A DNA stretch of 63,430 bases, counting the filler, from Octopus bimaculoides (lineage: Eukaryota): NCBI RefSeq assembly GCF_001194135.2. It is 5 parts of 5 records of this genome, joined end to end, with 100 filler letters (N's around TTAATTAATTAA, not from the genome) between each part and the next. Parts side by side here need not be neighbours in the genome. Positions count along the whole stretch, not along the records: positions 10,805 to 32,250 come from NC_068984.1; positions 32,351 to 60,206 come from NC_068982.1; 3 more parts are not named here. One strand, written 5' to 3'. Shown piece after piece: positions 23,341 to 37,829 of this stretch (position 1 is its first letter; each line of letters begins with the position of its first letter). The notes beneath the pieces are model-generated. The model was not told the DNA's origin. It saw only the letters and a list, made by a program, of their open reading frames with translations, and searched no databases. A program made the translations under genes and the position numbers.

Positions 23341-26300
23341 TATAATATAAATAGTACCATTCATTTTGAGCGAAATAATTTTACATCTATACATGCATAA
23401 ATGTACACACGCTCGTGTACATATTATATATACACATATATACATATACATACGCATATACATACGCATATACATACGCATATACATACGCATATACATA
23501 TATACACGCAAATGTGCCCAGAATGTTACACCGAGTCTAGTAAACTTCGTAAACCAGTCGGTTTAATTCATTAATCATTACTATTCCGCCTAAAATTCAT
23601 TACAAAATGAAAAGGAAAATAAATTGAGCTGGTTGATTGTCTTGTGGAGTGAAATATATATACAGAATTTTCACTAAAAGCAGCTAGTGATTTTGCGTAA
23701 GCTAGACCATAACAGTAGAGAACTTGTATACTCCTGTCTAATCTTAGCAATAAATAAATATAAATACTCCCTTTCTGTCTTAAAGATCTACAGCATCTAT
23801 AAACAATTTAACCAATTTCATTTTCATGAAATCGTACACTTAAGATGGTCTAGTGAATGGAAAAGTATTTCTTCATAGACTTCGTATGAGGTAAAAAATA
23901 TTTAAATTTGCGAATTGAAAGTAATTGTATTGTAGCGAATTTAGAAATACTGAGGAACCTATAGGCGCAAACATGGCTATGTGATTAAGAAGCTTGCTTT
24001 CGAACCATGCGCCCTTGGGTTCAGTCCCACTGCACCGAACTTTGGACAGGTGTCTTCAACTAGAACTCCAGGTAAACCAAAGCCTTGTGAGTGGAGTTGG
24101 TAGACGGAAAATAAAAGCAGCCTGTCGTATATATGTATGTGTGTATGTATATGTGGATCGATGGTAATTTTTTTTCCTCCGTCTTCCTTTTCTCTTGGAC
24201 TTTCCTCTGTCTCCTGTTTCTGAAGAAGAGTTTTGCTCGATACGTAAGACTACTTTTCTTTCTTTCCCTGAACGTCTGCTAATACTTTGCATGTAACCAA
24301 GTCCTCACGTTGTTGCTTTTTTTCATGTTCTTCTTCGTTTTTTTTTTTTTTNNNNNNNNNNNNNNNNNNNNNNNNNNNNNNNNNNNNNNNNNNNNNNNNN
24401 NNNNNNNNNNNNNNNNNNNNNNNNNNNNNNNNNNNNNNNNNNNNNNNNNNNNNNNNNNNNNNNNNNNNNNNNNNNNNNNNNNNNNNNNNNNNNNNNNNNN
24501 NNNNNNNNNNNNNNNNNNNNNNNNNNNNNNNNNNNNNNNNAAAAAAAATTCAGCAAACACCAGTCATCCCTTCTTATACGCATGTAATACAATTTTTCTG
24601 AATTATCAGATTTTTTATATGCTAGACCACTGGTTTTAAATTGAAATTCATATACAATTTATCACCCTCAGTATATACATACATATATGTGTGTGTGTGT
24701 GTGTATGTGTGTGTTTGTGTCTGTGTTCCTTCCTCGCAGCAGATTAACAACTAGTGTTGGTTTGTTAACGTCCCCGTAACACAGTGATTCGTCAAAAGAC
24801 TGATAGAATAAGTACTGGGGGCGATTTGTTCGACTAAACCATTCAAAGCGGTGTCCAAGTATGGCCGCAGTCGAAATTCTGAAACAAGTAAATGTAAAAG
24901 AAATCTACAGTGAGAAAGTTCAAATCAAGAAGCGCGTTCATAAAGTCAGTTTATCTCTAAACAAAAAAAAAAAAAATTNNNNNNNNNNNNNNNNNNNNNN
25001 NNNNNNNNNNNNNNNNNNNNNNNNNNNNNNNNNNNNNNNNNNNNNNNNNNNNNNNNNNNNNNNNNNNNNNNNNNNNNNNNNNNNNNNNNNNNNNNNNNNN
25101 NNNNNNNNNNNNNNNNNNNNNNNNNNNNNNNNNNNNNNNNNNNNNNNNNNNNNNNNNNNNNNNNNNNNNNNNNNNNNNNNNNNNNNNNNNNNNNNNNNNN
25201 NNNNNNNNNNNNNNNNNNNNNNNNNNNNNNNNNNNNNNNNNNNNNNNNNNNNNNNNNNNNNNNNNNNNNNNNNNNNNNNNNNNNNNNNNNNNNNNNNNNN
25301 NNNNNNNNNNNNNNNNNNNNNNNNNNNNNNNNNNNNNNNNNNNNNNNNNNNNNNNNNNNNNNNNNNNNNNNNNNNNNNNNNNNNNNNNNNNNNNNNNNNN
25401 NNNNNNNNNNNNNNNNNNNNNNNNNNNNNNNNNNNNNNNNNNNNNNNNNNNNNNNNNNNNNNNNNNNNNNNNNNNNNNNNNNNNNNNNNNNNNNNNNNNN
25501 NNNNNNNNNNNNNNNNNNNNNNNNNNNNNNNNNNNNNNNNNNNNNNNNNNNNNNNNNNNNNNNNNNNNNNNNNNNNNNNNNNNNNNNNNNNNNNNNNNNN
25601 NNNNNNNNNNNNNNNNNNNNNNNNNNNNNNNNNNNNNNNNNNNNNNNNNNNNNNNNNNNNNNNNNNNNNNNNNNNNNNNNNNNNNNNNNNNNNNNNNNNN
25701 NNNNNNNNNNNNNNNNNNNNNNNNNNNNNNNNNNNNNNNNNNNNNNNNNNNNNNNNNNNNNNNNNNNNNNNNNNNNNNNNNNNNNNNNNNNNNNNNNNNN
25801 NNNNNNNNNNNNNNNNNNNNNNNNNNNNNNNNNNNNNNNNNNNNNNNNNNNNNNNNNNNNNNNNNNNNNNNNNNNNNNNNNNNNNNNNNNNNNNNNNNNN
25901 NNNNNTATATATATATATATATATATAGATATATATATATATATATATATTATGTGTGTGTGCCAGTGTGCCAGTGTGTTTGTGTGTGTGTGTGTGCCAG
26001 TGTGCGTGTGTGTGCCAGTGTGCGTGTGTGTTTATGTGTGTGTGTGTACGTGCGTGCGCACGTGTGTTTGTGTATATATACATATACACTAAATGTGTGT
26101 GTAAACTAAAATGCTGAAACAGTATGTTCGTGAATAAATTTGCAGGCGTACGTTTAATAAGCTTTTTTTTTTTCTTTTTCTTTTGCAAACAAACCCATTG
26201 AAGAATGAAGAATAACTCACTTGGGTCTATCGGTGATTACCAGCTAATTAATCAATGCCAATGGTAAACGCTATACAGATAAAAGAATTGCTTGATATCA

Positions 26301-26531
26301 ACTTCGAGCGAACAGTCTCAGAAGCGATTTAGATAAACAGTGAAGCAGGTTGATGAAAATACAAAAAAAAAAGAAATAAAAATAAAACTGACGATCATAC
26401 TGGTTTAGAATTCGTGCTAGGAGAATAAAACTTGGTTTAATGAAGTAATATAGTTTATACCAAGTGTTGAGTACTTCCTTGCTCTTCCGTTCACAAACTG
26501 TAGCATTTGAAAGACTGAATACATACATACG

Positions 26532-27772
26532 TACGAAAAGTCAAAAATTAGCTGCAATCTCGCCAAAACTTCCTTAAGGTTGTCCACACTGTCTTCAGGG
26601 CTCGCATGCTAAGATCTGGTATTCTTGTGGTCTTACGTAATCGAGGTTTGACCTGAACCGATCCAGTTTTCATTCTTGTGTTTCAGATTAAACATGGCCA
26701 TTTCGTTGGGTGTTTGTACCAAGGAAAAACAGATTGGTGATCTGATTTCTCTAGATGAAAGACATGACAGGGGTTAAAATTCATCGCAGGCTTTCAGTAC
26801 AATACAAAGACAGCACTCTACCGCGGAGATGTGTATATGAGTTGAATGAGACGCTTAAAAACTGCCGGGCAAGCGTGTAGCGTGGGAGCAATATATTCAT
26901 CAACCTCCGCTACTAACGTGAATATTCAGCAAGATTGAGAGATGGTTCTGGCGAACCGATGAGTGACGATCGATGAGGTGGCATGTTCTTTACAAATTAG
27001 TCATGGCTCTGCATACGAAATCATCCGCAAGCTTTGTTTACGCAATATCTGTGTCGATGAGTGCCAAGAGAGCTTATTGAAACGCATAAACGCAATCGTG
27101 TGAAGATTTGTCAACGCTTAATCGACCACTACAACGATGAAATCTGTTTGGAGAGATTTGTCACAGGAGATAAGATCTGGATTCATCACTTTGAGACAGA
27201 ATCCAAAAGGTAGAGTATTGAGTGGAAACACCCGGAATCACAAACGAGAAAGAAATTCAAGACTTAATTTTCCACAGAAAATGTGATACTAACCAGTTTG
27301 AGGACATAAAAGAGCTTATACTGAAGCATTGCCTGAAAAAGAGATCTACAGTTACCAGTGTAGGTTACAGTTAAATACTGGCACACAAATTGAAACCAGT
27401 AATTCGCACTAAACGCCGATGTCTATTGTTGCACGACAACGCATGCTCAAATACGGCTGCTCACACTGTTGAAGCCAATGAAAAATTAGGTTTCCAATTC
27501 AGATCTCTCCGCTTCCGACTATCTTCTGCTTGGAGCGCTCAAACAACATTTACAAAGTTGTCGATTTGCAATGGACGAAGAAGCGCAGGAAGCGGTTCAT
27601 AAATGACTTCGCGACCATCCGGAAATTTTCTCCGATGGTATAAGCAAGCTTGTGGACCGCTGAAAAAAGTGCAAGGAGATTACGTCAGAAGATGATATAA
27701 TTGCTCAACCCTGCTTTTGTTTTAATAAATTAGAGAAACAAGTGTGCATATAATCTTTGACTTACCCTCGTA
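26532..27772 (+). mobile_element. decayed full-length mariner element with TIRs and TA target sites
   Basis: Left TA-CGAAAAGTCAAAAATTAGCTGCA and right TGCATATAATCTTTGACTTACCCTCG-TA. Transposase remnants FVTGDKIWIHHFETESKR*SIEWKHPES and LLHDNAC carry many stops and frameshifts. Confidence 0.85.
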
Positions 27773-29577
27773 TATGCATATATGTATATATATATATGAG
27801 TGTGTGTGTGTATATGTGTGTGTGTGTGTATGTGTCTGTGTGTCTGTGTATGTTTGTGTGTATGTATACAGACATACATATATAAATATATTTAGATATA
27901 TATATATATATATTTGTGCGCTTGTTGACATGCATTTATGTATAGATGTTTAAATATATGTCATGTGCGTGTGCATGCATGCATGCACATAGACGTGGTT
28001 GAGTATGTGCGGGAGTGTTGATATATATGTACATATTAGTACGTGAAGTAGAGTGAAAACGACGACAGTGTTAATGCGGATATCAATTAAGAATAAAGAG
28101 TCATTGATAACTGAAATTCATTAGGTATTGTTCCTTATCCCAGGGTCAGCCTTAACCGAGTAGTTTCTTGATCAAATTACATTCCAGCAAAGTCAATGTG
28201 TGTCTAGTTTTATAAACAGTTCAAAAGTGCAAAGCAAAAAATCATTGTGTAATGTATTTCGTTAGTGAGAAATGAAACAAGAAATATTAGTATTTTGTAT
28301 CCCTTTCCTGGGGGAGAAACTTGAAACTTGGACAGACTTCTTAAACATTTGCACAGCCTCTCTGCCTTGTGATATGCCAGTTTATTCCGCTTTTTGTTTT
28401 CTAATTGCCGATGAAAGCCGCTGCCTCTCGATTTACATTTCACTGTACCGAAGAATAATTTTCCATTACTTTCTGAGTTCAAATTCTGCCGAGGTCGACT
28501 TTGCATTTCATCCTTTTGGGGTCCATAAAATAAGTACCAGTGAAGTACTTGGGTAGATGGTATCGACCTGATTATTTCCCTGACATTGTTGGCCTTGCGT
28601 CAAAATTCGAAACAATTTTGTTTCTCATTTCAAGATGGTATGAGGTTTAGGGATGTCATTTGGTTCCTTCTAATGAAAGCAGACTGTCCAATGATATTAG
28701 AGGCTGTTTTGTTTGGTGTGAAGAAAAAATTAGGGATGCTGCTGTGTGCTGAGAATGGAAGGAGTCTATGCCGGAGAAAGATTAGGAAACATAAGAAGAC
28801 ATGATAACGTCACATAGCAAATGGTGAGAATCAGCGTTGCGATGTCAAATGATTGTGACGTCTTCAATTGATTTCATCATAAAGAAATACGTTAAAAACG
28901 ATAATTATGATGATGATCATATACATACATATACATACATACACACACGCGCATATATATATANNNNNNNNNNNNNNNNNNNNNNNNNNNNNNNNNNNNN
29001 NNNNNNNNNNNNNNNNNNNNNNNNNNNNNNNNNNNNNNNNNNNNNNNNNNNNNNNNNNNNNNNNNNNNNNNNNNNNNNNNNNNNNNNNNNNNNNNNNNNN
29101 NNNNNNNNNNNNNNNNNNNNNNNNNNNNNNNNNNNNNNNNNNNNNNNNNNNNNNNNNNNNNNNNNNNNNNNNNNNNNNNNNNNNNNNNNNNNNNNNNNNN
29201 NNNNNNNNNNNNNNNNNNNNNNNNNNNNNNNNNNNNNNNNNNNNNNNNNNNNNNNNNNNNNNNNNNNNNNNNNNNNNNNNNNNNNNNNNNNNNNNNNNNN
29301 NNNNNNNNNNNNNNNNNNNNNNNNNNNNNNNNNNNNNNNNNNNNNNNNNNNNNNNNNNNNNNNNNNNNNNNNNNNNNNNNNNNNNNNNNNNNNNNNNNNN
29401 NNNNNNNNNNNNNNNNNNNNNNNNNNNNNNNNNNNNNNNNNNNNNNNNNNNNNNNNNNNNNNNNNNNNNNNNNNNNNNNNNNNNNNNNNNNNNNNNNNNN
29501 NNNNNNNNNNNNNNNNNNNNNNNNNNNNNNNNNNNNNATATATATATATAATAATATATATTTATATGCTTATATAA

Positions 29578-29621
<44 letters not shown>

Positions 29622-29949
29622 GCATTATAGATGATGCAGCTCTACACAGTAGATTCATGAGAATTTGTATAACATTTGCATTTGAACATTTTCAGATCGA
29701 CCTCAGCAACCAGCGGTGAATATATTTTATGTCTTAAATATTATTTTTCTTCATTTTTGTCTGTTTTACTGTACATTTTAGAAGGCTCTTTCAAACCGAA
29801 TATGATTAATAAAAAAATTAAATTGTATTGTCATGGATTTCAAATTTCTGTTCAAATTACATACACTGTTTCGAATAAAGATCACCGATTGTTTTAATCA
29901 TGAGTAATCCTGCGACCAACCGACTTCCGACACTACACCAACTTGAATT

Positions 29950-30110
29950 GGATTGACTATGTTCAGTCCACTGCAGGACGAAGTCTTCAGCAAGTTCTCT
30001 CCATCAACTACGGTCTGATGTGGAAGCCATGAATTTGATATTGAGATCATATTGGTTTGATGAGTCTACTCTGCCACGCTGGTTCGACGTGGTTTGGGAG
30101 AGAGGTGCCA
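29950..30110 (-). mobile_element. old RTE-type LINE 3' fragment
   Basis: The translation SDRS*WRELAEDFVLQW resembles the DR..WR.L.EAFVLQW C-terminus of RTE elements. Confidence 0.5.
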
Positions 30111-31379
30111 TTTTTTTTTTATACTTTTACCCAGGAGCAGTCAAGACGAACTTAAGGTAATGTATATTTTTTAGGTTTTCAACAGACTGACTGACTACTT
30201 TAAAAATCTCAATGAATGCATCTCAAAACGATACATTTCCGATAGATTGCCTTTTTGTTGCAGGGCCTTAAACTGTGATATAACTTTTGCGGAAACAGAG
30301 ATTGCGGTTGACAAAACGCTCTAGCGTTGTATCATCCACATTTGAATTCTAAAATTTTCAAATTGGTTTCGACAACTAACGGTTTATACTTTTTTTTTTG
30401 TAACACCTTTATTATTATATTTTCATTCTCTGTTTCTGTTTCACCGTATAATTTGTAAAGGTAAATTTAAATCGAAATATTTGCAGGGAAAAAAGGAATA
30501 AATTGTTATTTTATTAAATTTACAATTTTATAGCTTTATAATTTTAGTCAAATACATACATATATACATACATACACACATACCTATACATATACACATG
30601 TGTGTGTGTGTGTGTGTGTGTGTTTGTATGCGTGTATCGACCATATACGAGGTCAAATGTTTAGAGCTTTTAACTTACCTTTTACGATAAGACTGATATT
30701 ACCAAAATATTATGCAATATTTATATAAATCAAATTATAGAAAAGTACGAATGAAGAAACAAAAAAAAAATATTGAAGCAAAAATTTAGCTTTGAGAAAT
30801 AATATGGGGAATTTGATGTTTAACAGATTTGCCTACTTTACCGTAGAAAGGAAAAGTAATATTGAATTTATTGACTAATTTAATCAATGTTTTATGGAGC
30901 TTAAATTGTGCTATTTGATATCTATGTCTAGTTATTGCATAATAATTTGAAAAATTTTGTAATGTACATTTTTATGCATAAATAATAATTGGAAAAAATC
31001 GCATATATTTCAAAACTAATTTTCATGTCGACACATCACTGAGAAACGGAAAATTAAAATGAGAGATAACCGTTGTTATGGTGTACCTGGAAAAAAATTT
31101 GCCTTTCAGTAAAGGTCCAAACAGATTCAAGTTTTTGACCGATAAATCAACAATTTTAATTAAGTTTATTTATCTATCATTATTTATGGGAATATTAACA
31201 TAGTTTATTAGAGTGATAGTACTAATATTTTATTTTTAAATGTAGTTAATTTCTTTTTATACTAGAAAATTATGCTTACTGACATTACCCGTTAATTATG
31301 GAAATCACTTTAAGGATGCTTTATTACGCATAAATCAAATCCTAAATGGTGCTAAATCACAAGCTAAAGTATGTTTAAG

Positions 31380-31960
31380 GGGAAAAGTAAATTTTCCAAA
31401 GATAAGCAAACCAGAGAGCTAGACCCAGTCAAAGAGTACAGTGTTAAACAGAAGGGATACGGACGCTCTCCTTCATACCACTACAGCCCGCAATGTGCCA
31501 CAATTCATTACCTCTCTGACTATATAAGACAACATACTCGACCTGGTCTTCATCACCAACACCACTAATATCGTTATTATCCGTAATGTTTTCAGGACAA
31601 ACAACAGGTATTTCTGGTCACAACATGATACGGTTATCTGTGTATAATTCTATACGGGTACCGTACAAAAGTAACAACATTAAATAGCATGACCCACATC
31701 GCATGAAATTGAATTTCAGGTACCCAACTTCAGAGAAAAAGAAACAAATTGGTTTCAGCATACTGGAAACCTCGAAGTGCTCTCACATCACTTAACAACA
31801 TTGCATCATATTTCTTTTTCGTTTTACTTTAATAAGCCTTGCTTTATTCAACAGAAATTTGAAATTAAAAGACTCCGTAGCATTCAAATGGTATCTGAAC
31901 AAATTACTCCAAATAATACCAGACACCTTAGTCGAGTGGCTTTTAGTGATGTTAGATCGT
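31380..31960 (+). mobile_element. CR1/L2-type LINE remnant with large internal deletion
   Basis: APE motif QFITSLTI*DNILDLVFITN at 31501-31560 and C-terminal FKWYLNKLLQIIPDT at about 31880-31925. Confidence 0.5.
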
Positions 31961-32095
31961 GATAGTCATACATGGTCTGGACCAATAATATACAAAACAT
32001 GTCTAAATCATCTAAAGGATATGTATATATGTGTGCGCGGAGGGAGAGAGAGAGAGAGGGAGAGGGGAGGAAGAGAGGGTGAAAAAGATTAAATT

Positions 32096-32162
<67 letters not shown>

Positions 32163-32717
32163 AAAGGAGAAGTGTTGGTTTGGTATTGATCAATGTCGAC
32201 TTGTATCAATTTAAAGGAGTGCTTAGGGTATAAAGAGTTGAATGTAGTCTNNNNNNNNNNNNNNNNNNNNNNNNNNNNNNNNNNNNNNNNNNNNTTAATT
32301 AATTAANNNNNNNNNNNNNNNNNNNNNNNNNNNNNNNNNNNNNNNNNNNNATATATACGTACATACTTATATATATATACTTATATGTATGTATATATGC
32401 TTATATATATGCATCATACACATGTGTGTGTATATATATATATATATATATACATATGCATGTGTGTGTGTGTGTGTATATATATATATGCTGTATGTCT
32501 ATGCATGTTTATATGTATGTATATTGATAGATAGATATATAGATAGATACTTATAATATATATATATATATATATATTTATAGTATCATGTGTTTGCATA
32601 CACAGCTCCTGTATTTTTATGACATTTATTTCATCTCATTTATGTGTCTCCCTCAATTTTTGAGCATGTCTCTATCTAATCTCTCAGTATTCAATATACT
32701 CAACATTGGTTGCTAAA

Positions 32718-32755
<38 letters not shown>

Positions 32756-35700
32756 TTTCCTACTCCTTAGAGCATCAGACTGAATACTTTGCACTATTTA
32801 TTCCAGCTCTCTGCACTCTGTGTTCAAATCCTGTCAAAGTCAATTTTCCCTTTCATTCTTTCAGAGTGTTTGGTAAATAAAGTGGCAGTTCAGGGTGCCA
32901 GATTGACAAAATTATTAGGGTCCTAAACCAGACGTTGTTCCTGTGTTTTGGCACTATTTGGCTTGGAATGTTGCTCACAAATATCTTATACATACTGAAG
33001 TTTATACTTACACAGAAACACACAAAAAAAACAGCCATGCATGTTTAAATATGCATACATGATTAATAGTATAGTTCTTTTGGGCAGTTAAAATAAAAAG
33101 AAAAAAAGAAACAGAAAGACAACAAGAATAGCAACTACAACAAAAATATAACACACACATGCACATCTATGTGTAAGCATTTGAAGTCCAGAGTCAAACA
33201 CAAGGAAACCCTCACCTAGACTTAGTCTCTAACTTAGATATACAAAAGCACACATATAAATACATGCACATGTGTGCACAGACATGTATACAATATAAAT
33301 GTGTGCACAGACACTGTATACAATATAAATAACAGAAGATTAGGTAAATTTACAATTAGACTCTAAGTTATAAACACAAAGCAAGGAAAAAGTGAGTGCT
33401 AGTATGTAGGAGGTGCATAAGGGACACATCATCAATAAAGTCACAGGTTGTGATGAAACAACTTTGACAAACCAGCTTATCAATTAATTAATATCAATTG
33501 ACACTAAAATTGAAATACAACTCATATTTTAGTCCTTAAACTAACGTATTAAAGAAATTCATTCTAAATCCTACATATGCATTCCTGAAATTTCATATAT
33601 TATTCTAATGCACTCACCAAAACATGCTTTTATGTGTAGAACTATTGATAAGCTCAAATTTTCTTCTCTACTGCATTCATAATATGGTACAGTGATTAAT
33701 GCTTAGAAGTGAAAGGGTAGACTCATGGATGATGCAATGGAAGCAATAGGAGGAGTGACATCAGGTGATAAAGTTGGTGACTTGAGAGGCCTCTCTTTTG
33801 CACGGATAGTCAATAAGAATTAATGTACATACAGAGTCCTCTGGTATTCTAGTTACTGGCCAGTAGATAGAATGGAGAGTGTCTCTGAGCTGCACAGCAA
33901 GTTCTAATCAGCAATTGTTGAATTCCTCTTGGAATGATTTGCCAAGTCAACTTCATTGTCTTTTACACTTCATATAGAATATGACCATTAACCTAATGCA
34001 AACTGGTACCAGATTTAAGTGATTTTCAATAAACATTATTTATATCACGTATATCATCCATAGCTAACAACAAAAAATTTGAAATTTCTATTATAACAAT
34101 AGCCTACAATATTTATTATGACAAATTATAAAATAAATTTATATATGCTTTAATATATAATTATGTATGAAAATGAATTGTTACAATGGTTAACTCTGAC
34201 AAAATAAATGGTCTTATATTAAAAACTGTTCTTTTATTAGCATTTACTGTAAAATATATATTACACTGTTCTATCACAGGTCAAGCTAGAATTGTGTTTC
34301 AACAAAGCATTTTAAAATGGGGGTGGGGTTGTCTTTCTATAGTTATTGATTGAGTTAGCTTTGTCTGCCAAAATTCTTTAAGTAGAAGAAATGGTCTACT
34401 AAGAACGATTGATAAAAAAAGTATATAAGCAACCAATGTTAGCTAGAGTTAAGTTAAAGATTGTAAAGCTTGGGTTGAAAACTAGAGATGTGGCAATCTT
34501 GTGTAGAAGTGAAAAGGAAAAAAGGTTTGTTGACTGAAGGATATAGACAATTTTTTTTTAACAGTTGTAAACTCTAATTGATCAAAAGCATTCCAGATAT
34601 GGCCATCTTAGGACTGCATTATCCAATGTTTCCTTTCGTTTTAAAGATGGTATGATGTGATTTGAAGGGAATTTGATTGTTATTTCTAACAGACTGAGCA
34701 GTTGGTTAGGGACACCTTTGTTGGTTCAACAGATTTAAGGGCCAATACTGTCGTAAACTGTAGGAGCATTTCATAACTCAAGTTCCATTAACAGTAAGGG
34801 ATTACTGATGGTTATTGCAAGTAGTTTTTCTCATCAGGTCTGCTAAAGTGCAGTCTATTAGAATAGATTGTCCTGACTATTAAGTTATCTTACCTATTTT
34901 ACTTCTTAAAGATAGAATATCTAAATATTTATTTATATAAGTTCTGGTCTATTAGTTAATCAATATGCACAAATGGAGAGAGTTTGCATTAGTGAAGCCT
35001 CGATTCTCCATTCAGAAGTTTCAAGTGTTTGTGCCATTGCTAAAATTGTATCCTTAAACAAGCAGCTTAACTTTTTTTCTCTATCTATCAAAAGATTAGG
35101 CATGAAATTGATTTACAAAGGGGTAGTCTCCAATTTCTAGGTTGTAGTGATGGAGGGTTTTTTCCAATGTTTTCTCTTGATCTAAAACAGTAAATAAAAA
35201 TATTTCTATCATGTTGGTGAAATTTCTTTTAATTCAGTATTTATTTAAGTAACTATTTTCTGAAGAATTTTCATTCTCAGAGGCCTCTGAAACACTTCAT
35301 TTGTTTCCATTCAAAGGTAACTTCTGGTTTATTTGGGTACCTTTTGTGGATTCCATTCCAATGCAATCTTTTGGACCAGATCTGAAGCATCAAGTCACTA
35401 AAGCCTTGCAAAAAAGGTCACAGGTGCTACCATTTCTCCTCTGATTAAACCATAAAATAATGTTTAACCATAAAACCTGCACAAAAATGGTCTTATTTAT
35501 AAACAAGTTTTCATGGACCCAGTAGTCTATAGCTGTTACAGCAAGTAACTTTTCTCTAAGAATAACTTGATCAGTTTAAAAATAAGATAGTTGCTAAATA
35601 TTTACTAATTTATTTTGTCCTTTTATTTATCACTGAAGTGCCACATAGTGCTAAAGCTAAATTCTTGTTTACTTCAATAAGATGTTAGAACTGGATACAT

Positions 35701-37589
35701 TTATTCAAAGTGAAATGTCATATGACAATTGAACTGAATGCAATTTTATTCATAACTGAAGTACAATAAAATGATGCAGTGTTATTCTGAAGTGCTAGAT
35801 CTCAACTAAGTGTCATACAGTGCTAAAACTAAAGTTTTATTTGGAGCTAAAATTGAACCTGGTTTCATTGATCACTGAAACATTTCAACTAGTTGAAACA
35901 TCATTCTTCATGGATATGAAAACCTAACTGTTCAAGCTAATAAAATACTGCTTATGATAGTGAATCAATTTTCTCTTAATGGACTGTTTTATTGAGAGTT
36001 TAGTATCTTTGCCTCGAACACTATATAACTGATGACTGAATACAAATTGGTTGGCGACCTACACAACACCTGTGACTCATTCAATAACCTATATTTCTTG
36101 ATTCTGATCCATTTTCACACATAAAAATTATATTGCCACCTGCTAATTTTGCTGGAGTTACGTTTTGTAGTTTCAAAGGTATACATTGAAAGTAACTCAA
36201 GACTGCTTTGTTCACTTGTCTTTTTCTAAATAATTTCAGAGATGTTTTAAATCCACCTTTTCCTTGAATGTCAGCATCTATCTGGCATCACAGGTGACAG
36301 ATTAATATTCAAGAATGTATATCTCTGGTTTGATATACAATTTTCTACTGGTTTTAAACTTACTTAGCCCTTTAGCATCAAGATTACTCTGTGAAATATA
36401 ATGCTTATTTATAAATTGTTTTAAATTAATCATGCATTATCTCATAGCTTTGAAATTTCAATAATGTGATTGTTTATTTATAGGATTACAGTGTAGGGTT
36501 GATGTGAGAGGCCAGATCTAGCTAGTTTAAATATAAAACATACAATATTTGTGCTGGATATCTTTGGTTTAAATGCTATAAGGTTAAATTCATAGTGAGT
36601 TTATACTTAAAAGTGTAGTGAAAATGGTAGTAACATGAACTTCCAATTTTCTGCTTTTGTCCATCTCATTTCACTTCATTACTAATACTCTTTGGAAAAG
36701 CATGAACATTAACTACATCAAATTACTCACTTCCTTATAACTCTGAAGCCTAATACCTTTTTGAGAAATCATAATTATTTATGTTAGAAGTAATCTCGGC
36801 ATTTATTATACAATATTGCACAAGAAGTAGTAGCCTCAATCTTGTTGATTTAGCATTGAATTTCTTCCATAAAACAACAGATTGCATTATGATACAATCT
36901 ATGAGAGGAGGAGTTTTGATAATTAAACTATATTAACTTTAAGAAAAACACAATTTCTACATCATCAAGCATACACATATATTCATAAGCATTTACACAC
37001 ATACATATTCATGCTCTTATTTTTTTATGGTCTTTTTATATTTTGAGAAATTTAGCAACAATGTTGATTATGTAATGAGAGATTAATATTTATCTTTTTT
37101 TTTTGTTTACTTATGAAACCAGTTTACTCTTTATTATACCTGTTTTATTTTCATTTTATTTCTACTTTATTATATCTTTCTATTCAACAATGACACATGC
37201 AGAGGGCTGTCCATAATTGGTTTAATATTTTTAATTTTTTTTTTTAATATTTTTTTTTAATCAGTTTACTGAAGTGCAGCAAATTTCAATGTTTGAAATT
37301 ATGGTCTTTTTTTTTTTTCTGTTTTTAATCAGTTTTCTTTTTAGAGAAGCATCGGTTCTCCTTACTAAGGTTAACTTTTTGTACTCTGAGCTCTTGAAGC
37401 TGCACAGCATAAATCGCGGACAGATGACTTTTTCTTTCTCTTAAAGGTGTTATGAGATATTACTGAATAAAATATTGTTAACCAAAATTGAAGTTTTCTT
37501 TTAATATTTTTTCATTGATTAGCAATTGTTTTTTTCTATTAGAACCAGTCAATCGATATATTGAACAATTTTTATTTCATATTTGGTGC

Positions 37590-37800
37590 AAATGTGATTG
37601 TGTGGTAAGAAGTTTGCTTCTCAACCATATAGTCTCTGGCTCAGAAACTATATGTCCCTGTAACTTAGCGGTTCGGCAAAAGAGACCGATAGAATAAATA
37701 CTAGGCTTACAAAGAATAAGTCCTGGGGTCGATTTGCTCAACTAAAGGCGGTGCTCCAGCATGGCCACAGTCAAAATGACTGAAACAAGTAAAAGAGTAG
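37590..37800 (+). mobile_element. SINE family A with internal deletion
   Basis: The head (GTGTGGTAAGAAGTTTGCTTCTCAACC) is joined directly to the tail (TAACTTAGCGGTTCGGCAAAAGAGACC). Confidence 0.8.
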
Positions 37801-37829
37801 AGTATACATATATATATATGTACATATAT

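Noticed and set aside
35370-35405. FRSGPKDCIGM resembling a cytochrome P450 heme motif (minus strand)
   Set aside because: The flanking residues show no P450 similarity and there is an in-frame stop just upstream.
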